Origin: Thermodesulfobacteriota bacterium
Lineage (GTDB): Bacteria > Desulfobacterota > WTBG01 > JAGOGO01
Assembly: GCA_026625185.1 (NCBI GenBank)
Contig: CP113000.1
Location: 1,635,622-1,667,621, forward strand
Direction: 5' to 3'
Length of the DNA: 32,000 bases
The first letter of the stretch is position 1. The number at the start of each line of letters is the position of its first letter. The notes beneath the pieces are model-generated. The model saw only the letters and a list, made by a program, of their open reading frames with translations, did no database searches and had not been told where the DNA came from. A program made the translations under genes and the position numbers. Positions 10,057 to 16,461 of the stretch are shown here, piece by piece.

Positions 10057-10244
10057 GACGGCTTAGTAAAAAGTCCCGCCTTACGGTGGGGGATAAAGAA
10101 CTGAAGCGCGCTATCTGTCCCGCTTTGGCGGAATTGCGTCCCGCCTTGCGGGATCATCTGGGGCGCACAGGTAAGTACGCCTTATTCCGTCGGATTTGCT
10201 CGCCTTGTCCCGCTCGGAGCGGGACAACTTTTTACTGTGCCGTC
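10057..10244. repeat. Composite inverted-repeat element enclosing four GTCCCGC-initiated hairpins (candidate structured RNA or miniature repeat element)
   Basis: The outer arms GACGGCTTAGTAAAAAGT (10057-10074) and ACTTTTTACTGTGCCGTC (10227-10244) are complementary at 16 of 18 positions. GTCCCGC occurs at 10073, 10117, 10138 and 10207. Each copy is followed by a short loop and a GCGG/GCGGGA complement. The last forms a perfect 9-bp stem, TTGTCCCGC-tcgga-GCGGGACAA. Confidence 0.6.
10205..10236 (+). terminator. Intrinsic-terminator-like hairpin (9-bp GC-rich stem followed by CTTTTTAC)
   Basis: TTGTCCCGC tcgga GCGGGACAA is followed by CTTTTTACT on the + strand. Because of the outer inverted repeat, the first hairpin (10075-10090) offers a mirror-image version on the - strand. 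Confidence 0.4.
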
Positions 10245-10473
10245 TGATTTTCGATTTTTTACGGCCTCATCAAATTTAGCGTTACCAATGCCATTTTTTT
10301 GAAAAAATGGTCATGGTTCTCATTGATTAGTACATTTTACGTGCCAGCTACAGAGATTTCATACTAAAAGAATAAGCCTTTAGTTTCGAAGTGTTAATAA
10401 TAAAAAAAGAAAACTGAATTTTTTCCGAGACCAGGTGTGAGTGTGGTATTTCGTAAAAGTGCGAAATATCATA

Positions 10474-10502
10474 TTGACAGGGCACGGAAGAAATATTAAA
10501 AT
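10474..10502 (+). promoter_or_regulatory. Sigma70-type promoter candidate for the sigma54 activator gene
   Basis: TTGACA (10474-10479), a 17-nt spacer, then TAAAAT (10497-10502), about 200 nt upstream of the ATG at 10709. The inverted repeat TATTTCG-N8-CGAAATA (10447-10468) abuts the -35 element. Confidence 0.5.
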
Positions 10503-10708
10503 ATTTATAATTGTATTCTTTATACCCTTTTTTATAAAAGGGGTATACTTTATCTGCTCCCTTTTTTGGTAATAAATTTTAAAAGGAATTTTTTACCAGG
10601 CATCCCTTCATCTCTACCAGAGCATTTTATGAATCCTACATCAGCGAGAGTCGGTTCTCGAAACACCTACCCCATAAACCATGTGGCTATATTCTCGGTA
10701 ACATCATC

Positions 10709-12628
10709 ATGCGACAAGAGGAGACTTGTGTGCCGGTGAAGGCCATACGGGAACTCACTTTTGACGTTGTGCCTGACCCGATCGCAATCCTGGATAAGGA
10801 ATATCGGATTGTCCAGGTGAACAAGGCCATGGCAAAACGTCTTGGGGCTACGCCGGAGAAATGCATCGGACAGTATTGTTATGCGTGTATACATGACGCA
10901 GCGGAACCGCCTGTGTTCTGTCCCCATAACCGACTGCTACAGGATGGTCAGGAACATACCGCTGAGGTATATGAACCACATTTAGGGGGTCATTTTCTCG
11001 TTACGGTCTCGCCTCTTTTTAATGACCAAAGAGAGCTTATCGGCAGTATCCATATAGCCCATGACATTACTGAACGTAAGCGAACAGAGGAAATGCTAAA
11101 AAAGGCCCATGATGCACTGGAGCTAAAAGTACAAGAACGGACTGCAGAGCTTATAAGAGCAAACAGGCAACTGGAGAAAACGGTAGGGGAACTTAAGCTG
11201 ACTGAGGAAAAGTTGCGGAAAAAGGAGATGAGTCTGACAGCCGCGCAGCGAATCGCCCAGGTCGGCAACTGGGATTGGGACATTGAGACCAACGATCTCT
11301 ACTGGTCTGACGAGGTTTATCGAATCTTCGGCCTCACGCTCCAAGAGTTTGGCGCTACCTACGATGCCTTCCTCGAATTGGTTCATCCGGATGATCGGGA
11401 GGTGGTTAAGGAGGCGGTCAACCGGTCCCTGAAGAATTCAAATGTGCCCTACAATATCGAGCACCGGGTGCTGCGGCCCGATGATATTGAGCATATTGTT
11501 CACGAACGGGGCGAAGTAATGTTTAATGAAAAGGGCAAGCCGATTCGCATGGTTGGTGTGGTGCATGATATCACCGACCTGAAGGAAACGGAAAACAAAC
11601 TCCGGCATGCGTTGGATGAAGTTCAGAATTTAAAAGAGAAGATTGAGGCAGAAAACATTTACCTTCAGAAGGAGGTCAAGGGGGAGAAGGGCTTTGACGA
11701 GATTATCGGAAAGAGCAACGTGCTGAATTATGTCTTTTTCAGGGTTAAGCAAGTGGCGGGAACTGTTTCAACCGTTTTGCTCCTTGGCGAGACCGGCACG
11801 GGAAAGGAGCGCATTGCTCACGCCATTCATAACCGGAGCCCGCGGAAAGAAAAAATATTTGTCACGGTTAATTGCGCCGCGCTTCCCTCAAACATTATCG
11901 AAAGCGAACTTTTTGGGCGTGAAAAAGGGGCTTTTACCGGATCACATGCCAAGCAGATCGGTCGGTTTGAATTGGCGCATGGAGGTACGATCTTTCTCGA
12001 TGAGGTTGGCGAACTTCCCCTGGAACTTCAATCCAAACTGCTCAAGGTGGTGCAGGATGGAGAGTTTGAGAGACTTGGCAACCCTCGCACCACCAAGGTG
12101 GATGTTCGGATTATTGCTTCCACCAACCGTAACTTGGAGGATATGGTTCAAAAAGGCCGGTTTCGGGAGGATCTTTACTATCGCCTCAATGTTTTTCCCA
12201 TCACCATACCTCCTCTCCGGCAGCGCAAAGACGATATTCCTCTGCTGGTCGAACATTTCACCAAACATTTTTCCCAAAAACACGGAATAAAAATTAAAAA
12301 AATTCCTAAGGACGTTTTAACAAACCTCAAGGATTATTCGTGGCCCGGCAACGTGCGGGAGTTGCAAAACGTGATTGAGCGAGCAGTAATTACGAGTCGA
12401 GACGGTGTCCTGCGGGTTGAAAAACCGGCATTTTCTATTTCCGGGCCAGAGGATATTAAGCCCCTCGATGACTTGGAACGGGACTACATTCACAAAGTTT
12501 TAGAAAAAACTAAAGGGAGAATTGCGGGGACCCAGGGTGCCGCAATCCTTTTGGGAATGAATCCCAGTACTCTTCGTTCACGCCTTATCAAACTGGGGAT
12601 CAAAAAGCGCGGATTTCGGTCGGCATAG
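10709..12628 (+). CDS. Sigma54-dependent transcriptional activator (PAS-PAS-AAA+-Fis HTH), no receiver domain
   Basis: 639 aa. It contains two PAS-like regions separated by coiled-coil segments. The AAA+ core has Walker A GETGTGKE, the GAFTG loop (EKGAFTGS) and the pattern RFREDLYYRLNVFPI..PPLRQR. The C-terminal Fis-type HTH reads GRIAGTQGAAILLGMNPSTLRSRLIKLGI. Confidence 0.9.
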   Translation: MRQEETCVPVKAIRELTFDVVPDPIAILDKEYRIVQVNKAMAKRLGATPEKCIGQYCYACIHDAAEPPVFCPHNRLLQDGQEHTAEVYEPHLGGHFLVTVSPLFNDQRELIGSIHIAHDITERKRTEEMLKKAHDALELKVQERTAELIRANRQLEKTVGELKLTEEKLRKKEMSLTAAQRIAQVGNWDWDIETNDLYWSDEVYRIFGLTLQEFGATYDAFLELVHPDDREVVKEAVNRSLKNSNVPYNIEHRVLRPDDIEHIVHERGEVMFNEKGKPIRMVGVVHDITDLKETENKLRHALDEVQNLKEKIEAENIYLQKEVKGEKGFDEIIGKSNVLNYVFFRVKQVAGTVSTVLLLGETGTGKERIAHAIHNRSPRKEKIFVTVNCAALPSNIIESELFGREKGAFTGSHAKQIGRFELAHGGTIFLDEVGELPLELQSKLLKVVQDGEFERLGNPRTTKVDVRIIASTNRNLEDMVQKGRFREDLYYRLNVFPITIPPLRQRKDDIPLLVEHFTKHFSQKHGIKIKKIPKDVLTNLKDYSWPGNVRELQNVIERAVITSRDGVLRVEKPAFSISGPEDIKPLDDLERDYIHKVLEKTKGRIAGTQGAAILLGMNPSTLRSRLIKLGIKKRGFRSA

Positions 12629-12710
12629 CGCATTACTCCTTACTTCATGACGGTAATGAAACCTTGATTTTTTGGACGTGCGGGATACTGTCGGAAACGA
12701 TGCGATATTT

Positions 12711-12727
12711 CATAGTGTTACACTATG
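12711..12727. promoter_or_regulatory. Candidate upstream activator site (palindrome CATAGTG-tta-CACTATG)
   Basis: A 7-bp perfect inverted repeat lies about 105-120 nt upstream of the -24 element at 12832. AT-rich DNA that could bend lies between them. Confidence 0.3.
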
Positions 12728-12830
12728 TGGGTTTTTCTCTGCTTTTTTTGAAGAGAATAAATATATTAATTTTGTGTATAACCCATGTAATATTGTAAGC
12801 TTAGCCACTGGCACCAGAAGGCTGCCAGGG

Positions 12831-12848
12831 TTGGCACGGATGTTGATA
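12831..12848 (+). promoter_or_regulatory. Sigma54 (-24/-12) promoter candidate for the MCE-ABC operon
   Basis: TTGGCACGGATGTTGATA compared with the consensus YTGGCACGrNNNTTGCW shows correct spacing. The only mismatch is the -12 C (TTGA for TTGC). It lies ~50 nt upstream of the ATG at 12899 and directly downstream of a sigma54 activator gene. Confidence 0.55.
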
Positions 12849-12898
12849 CTACTTAAAAAACTAAACAGAAAGCATTGAAAAATGAATCAGGAGAACTT

Positions 12899-14053
12899 AT
12901 GGAGAACGCACGCTTCGAAAACGCCGGCCGGGGTGAATTAGACCTGAGTCAGCCAACTCACGATGCGTTGCTCATAAGCTTTTACGGAATTTGGGAAATG
13001 GGGAATGACCTGCCTTCTGCGGAAGAGGCCCTAAACAAAATTGAAACCGCAAGCGCTATCCGCCGCGTTTCCTTCGAGGCCCAAAATCTTTCGGGTTGGG
13101 ATACAGGCCTTCTAACGTTTCTCATCAAGGTAATTGACACCTGTACGCAGAAAACTATCCTGATAGATATGACCGGACTCCCGCAGGGGGTACAGCGGTT
13201 ATTAGCTCTTGCCTCCGCAGTTCCCGAGCGGGCAGGAGCGCGCAAGGAAACCACCCAGGAACCTTTTTTGAGCCGGATAGGAACGGCAACCATTGAATTT
13301 GGGCGTTCCTTACCGGAGCTTTTGGCTTTTATCGGGGAAGCGTTTATGGCATTCCTGAAATTATTTACCGGAAAGGCAAGGTTTCAGCGACATGATCTTT
13401 GGCTCATCATCCAGCAAACCGGGGTCCAGGCGCTTCCCATTGTCTCATTGATCTGCCTCCTCGTTGGCCTGATCCTTGCTTTTGTGGGTGCGGTACAGCT
13501 GCGCATGTTCGGGGCCCAGATTTATGTTGCTGACCTGGTGGGTATCGGGATGGTTCGCGTACTGGGGGCGGTCATGACGGGGGTTATTATGGCAGGCCGA
13601 ACCGGGGCCGCTTTTGCCGCCGAATTGGGCACCATGCAGGTAAACGAAGAGATTGACGCGCTGCGAACCTTAGGCATTCCTCCGATGGAATTTTTGGTGC
13701 TGCCCCGGATGCTGGCTTTAATGCTCATGATGCCGCTCCTGTGTCTGTATGCCGACCTGATGGGATTGCTGGGTGGCTTAATTGTCGGGGTGGGCATGCT
13801 GAATTTGAATCTGATGGAGTATATTAATGAGACCCGGTCAATAGTGGACTTGACGAATCTTTGTATCGGTATATTCCACGGCGGCGTTTTTGGTGTCCTG
13901 GTGGCTTTGTCTGGTTGTCTTCGGGGCATGCAGTGCGGACGGAGCGCTTCCGCTGTTGGCCAGGCCACCACGTCGGCCGTGGTAACGAGTATTGTGTGCA
14001 TTGTGGTCGCAACCGCGGTTATTACGCTGATTTGTGATGTGCTGAAAATATGA
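12899..14053 (+). CDS. MlaE-family ABC permease with an N-terminal STAS/MlaB-like domain
   Basis: Start set at the ATG at 12899 (MENARFEN), which has a GGAG SD; the track uses the TTG at 12875. The first ~120 aa show a STAS-like pattern (VSFEAQNLSGWDTGLLTFLIKV...ILIDMTGLPQGVQRLLALA). The rest is a typical MlaE core (GRTGAAFAAELGTMQVNEEIDAL..LGI.P...LV.PR). Confidence 0.85.
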   Translation: MENARFENAGRGELDLSQPTHDALLISFYGIWEMGNDLPSAEEALNKIETASAIRRVSFEAQNLSGWDTGLLTFLIKVIDTCTQKTILIDMTGLPQGVQRLLALASAVPERAGARKETTQEPFLSRIGTATIEFGRSLPELLAFIGEAFMAFLKLFTGKARFQRHDLWLIIQQTGVQALPIVSLICLLVGLILAFVGAVQLRMFGAQIYVADLVGIGMVRVLGAVMTGVIMAGRTGAAFAAELGTMQVNEEIDALRTLGIPPMEFLVLPRMLALMLMMPLLCLYADLMGLLGGLIVGVGMLNLNLMEYINETRSIVDLTNLCIGIFHGGVFGVLVALSGCLRGMQCGRSASAVGQATTSAVVTSIVCIVVATAVITLICDVLKI

Positions 14054-14062
14054 AATAAACCA

Positions 14063-14101
14063 TTTAGATGCGGGATTCGTGATCCAGGATTCGGGATGCA
14101 A
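14063..14101. repeat. Left arm of the cassette: five tandem heptads phased on GAT
   Basis: The heptads GATGCGG, GATTCGT, GATCCAG, GATTCGG and GATGCAA have GAT at 14067, 14074, 14081, 14088 and 14095, an exact 7-nt period. Confidence 0.8.
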
Positions 14102-14116
14102 AGGGAAGGAGGGAAG

Positions 14117-14509
14117 ATGAGTTATACGAAGCTGGAAATTTGGCAATTGGCTCAGGATTTGTCAATTGAAATTCATAGAATGACGGTCGAGCTATTGCCA
14201 AAGTTCGAACGGTATGAAGAAGGGGCGCAGATTCGGCGTTCTATTAAATCAGTGCGTTCTAACATAGTGGAAGGATATGGACGACCACGATACAAACAGG
14301 AATTCATACGTTTTTTGACTTATGCCCATGCCTCCTGCGATGAGACGCTGGATCTCCTTAAAACTCTTTACCAACCAGGATCCTTGGCAGATGTTGAACT
14401 TTATCAAAAACTTTTTGAAAGGATTAATCTGTTAGGGCGGAAACTTTACTTCTTTATCAAGGGCGTTGATTTACAACACCAATCTGTCAGAGATGACAGG
14501 AAAAAATGA
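14117..14509 (+). CDS. Four-helix-bundle protein (23S rRNA intervening-sequence protein family, TIGR02436/PF05635-like)
   Basis: 130 aa from [23 protein letters not shown]..., with a GGAGGG SD. It carries family hallmarks: [39 protein letters not shown]. Confidence 0.85.
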   Translation: MSYTKLEIWQLAQDLSIEIHRMTVELLPKFERYEEGAQIRRSIKSVRSNIVEGYGRPRYKQEFIRFLTYAHASCDETLDLLKTLYQPGSLADVELYQKLFERINLLGRKLYFFIKGVDLQHQSVRDDRKK

Positions 14510-14532
14510 GGCGCTGATGAAGAGAAGCAGAA

Positions 14533-14577
14533 TTTATCCCGTATCTCGTATCCTGTATCTTATATCGAGCATCTCCT
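14533..14577. repeat. Right arm of the cassette: six tandem heptads phased on ATC (inverted relative to the left arm)
   Basis: The heptads ATCCCGT, ATCTCGT, ATCCTGT, ATCTTAT, ATCGAGC and ATCTCCT have ATC at 14536, 14543, 14550, 14557, 14564 and 14571, an exact 7-nt period. Confidence 0.8.
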
Positions 14578-14600
14578 ATTTTAACTTAATGTAATGTATT

Positions 14601-15362
14601 ATGAATTGTTTGGTACCACACATAACCGTCAAAGACCTCACCATGGCTTACGGTGATTTTGTGCTCCAGCGGGACATGAACTTTGTCGTGAACCGGGGAG
14701 ATATATTTATTATTATGGGGGGGAGTGGATGCGGCAAGACCACCTTATTGCGTAACCTGGTGGGTTTAAAAGAACCCGCTCGCGGCCAGGTTTTTTATGG
14801 TGAGGTAAGTTTTTGGGAAAGCGATCAAGAAGAGCAGGGACGCATCATGCGGCAGTTTGGCATCCTGTACCAAAGCGGCGCGCTCTGGACTTCGATGACC
14901 CTGTCTGAAAACATAGCTCTTCCCTTGCGGGAGTATACTGATTTAAATGAGGCGGCGATTCGGGAAATCGCTTCCCTCAAACTTTCTCTGGTAGGGCTTA
15001 AAGGGTTTGAAGATTTTTATCCTTCCGAGATCAGCGGCGGCATGCGTAAACGTGCCGGCCTAGCGCGCGCCATGGCACTGGACCCGGAAATTCTTTTTTT
15101 TGATGAGCCCTCGGCCGGGCTTGATCCTATCAGCTCCCGGCTTTTGGATGACCTGATTCTCGAAATCCGGGAGAGCCTCGGGGCAACTATTGTCGTGGTT
15201 AGCCACGAACTGCCAAGTATTTTTGCCATTGGAAATAACTCTATCTATCTCGATGCAGAGGCTAAGACCATCATTGGCAGTGGGAATCCAAAAAAAATGC
15301 TTGAAGAGTCTCAGAATCCAATTGTTCGAGCGTTTCTGACGCGGGGGGAACAAAAAGTCTAA
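14601..15362 (+). CDS. MlaF-family ABC transporter ATP-binding protein
   Basis: 253 aa with Walker A GGSGCGKTT, signature ISGGMRKRAGLARA and Walker B ILFFDEPSAGLD. No clear SD precedes the ATG. Confidence 0.9.
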   Translation: MNCLVPHITVKDLTMAYGDFVLQRDMNFVVNRGDIFIIMGGSGCGKTTLLRNLVGLKEPARGQVFYGEVSFWESDQEEQGRIMRQFGILYQSGALWTSMTLSENIALPLREYTDLNEAAIREIASLKLSLVGLKGFEDFYPSEISGGMRKRAGLARAMALDPEILFFDEPSAGLDPISSRLLDDLILEIRESLGATIVVVSHELPSIFAIGNNSIYLDAEAKTIIGSGNPKKMLEESQNPIVRAFLTRGEQKV

Positions 15363-15478
15363 GAGTCGCAAAGTGAGTCGCAAGGTCGAAAGGTCTCAGA
15401 GTCCCAAAGTTGTAGAATTAGGTTTTTCCCCTTAGACCGTTAGACCCTTAAGACCATGTGACTCTTTGACCTTGACTG
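15363..15478. repeat. ORF-less imperfect palindrome built from octamer repeats (GTCnnAAG arm facing a CTTnnGAC arm)
   Basis: The left arm has GTC at 15365, 15377, 15385, 15393 and 15401 (GTCGCAAG, GTCGAAAG, GTCTCAGA, GTCCCAAA). The right arm has GAC at 15435, 15443, 15452, 15460, 15468 and 15474 (CTTAGAC, CGTTAGAC, CCTTAAGAC, CATGTGAC, TCTTTGAC, CTTGAC). A ~21-nt loop separates the arms. Confidence 0.7.
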
Positions 15479-15506
15479 AAGAAGAATAACATTAATGAGG
15501 TTAGGT

Positions 15507-16460
15507 ATGAGTAAAAAAGCGAGCAAAACCTTAATTGGGGCCTTTGTGGTTGGTGCCTTGGTGTTGGCGGTGATCGGGATTTTGCTTTTCGGGTCCGGTC
15601 AGTTTTTTTCCGAGAGTAAAACGTATGTGCTTTTTTTTAGGGGGTCGGTGAAAGGGCTCAATGTCGGCGCGCCGGTCAGTTTTCGTGGGGTCAAGGTTGG
15701 TCAGGTTACGGATATTAAAGCTCGCATTGATCCCCGTGACTATGCTCTGAGTATAGCAGTCTATATAAAAACTAACCCCGGTTGGCTTACGCCGGTCGCT
15801 GAAGAAAAAACCCTGGATATGATACTCTCAAGCTTTGAGCGGGGAAAAATTCTTCAAGATTTGGTGACTAAAAAAGGTCTCCGCGCCCAGCTTCAACTGC
15901 AAAGCCTGGTGACCGGATTGCTGGAAATCGAATTTGACTTTTATCCTGATACTCCGATTACCTTGCTGGGTACTGAACCAAATGTCTCTGAGCTTCCTAC
16001 CATTCCGTCAGATATGGAAAAGCTGCAGATGACACTCAGCAAATTTATTGCAAAGTTTGACAACCTTCCCATCGACGAATTTGTTAAGCGGCTCACGGAT
16101 ATCGCGGCAGGAGTTGATCGCCTGATAAATTCCCCTCAAACCGAAGAGAACGTCCGTTCTTTCAATGCGACCCTAAAGGGATTACAGAGGTTGGTTGGCA
16201 ATTTAAATAATCAGGTAAATCCGATGTCAACAAACATCCAGGAAAGTTTTAAGGCCGCCAAAGCGGCTCTTGAGCAAGCTCAAAAAACACTTGCCGCCGT
16301 TGAAGGTGTGACTGGAGATGCATCTTCATTGCGTTACCAAATGGGCGAAGCGCTCGAACAGATTTCTGATGCAGCACGTTCCCTTCGAGTGACGGCTGAG
16401 TATTTAGATCAACACCCTGAAGCGTTAATTCGCGGGAAAAAAGAATCAGGAGGAAAGTGA
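15507..16460 (+). CDS. Single-MCE-domain (MlaD/PqiB-like) periplasmic subunit with a long helical C-terminus
   Basis: Starts at MSKKASKTLIGAFVVGALVLAVIG (TM anchor), with a GAGG SD. It has an MCE core (GLNVGAPVSFRGVKVGQV). The C-terminus, RSLRVTAEYLDQHPEALIRGKK, is nearly identical in pattern to the PqiB C-terminus in this window. Confidence 0.85.
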   Translation: MSKKASKTLIGAFVVGALVLAVIGILLFGSGQFFSESKTYVLFFRGSVKGLNVGAPVSFRGVKVGQVTDIKARIDPRDYALSIAVYIKTNPGWLTPVAEEKTLDMILSSFERGKILQDLVTKKGLRAQLQLQSLVTGLLEIEFDFYPDTPITLLGTEPNVSELPTIPSDMEKLQMTLSKFIAKFDNLPIDEFVKRLTDIAAGVDRLINSPQTEENVRSFNATLKGLQRLVGNLNNQVNPMSTNIQESFKAAKAALEQAQKTLAAVEGVTGDASSLRYQMGEALEQISDAARSLRVTAEYLDQHPEALIRGKKESGGK

Positions 16461-16461
16461 T

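Noticed and set aside
10073-10227. GTCCCGC repeats read as a CRISPR array or as a CsrA/RsmA-sponge sRNA (several GGA motifs)
   Set aside because: The repeats are only 7 nt long with irregular spacing (44, 21 and 69 nt), so this is not a CRISPR array. GGA motifs occur about six times, but only one sits in a hairpin loop. That is too little to call a Csr-type sponge.
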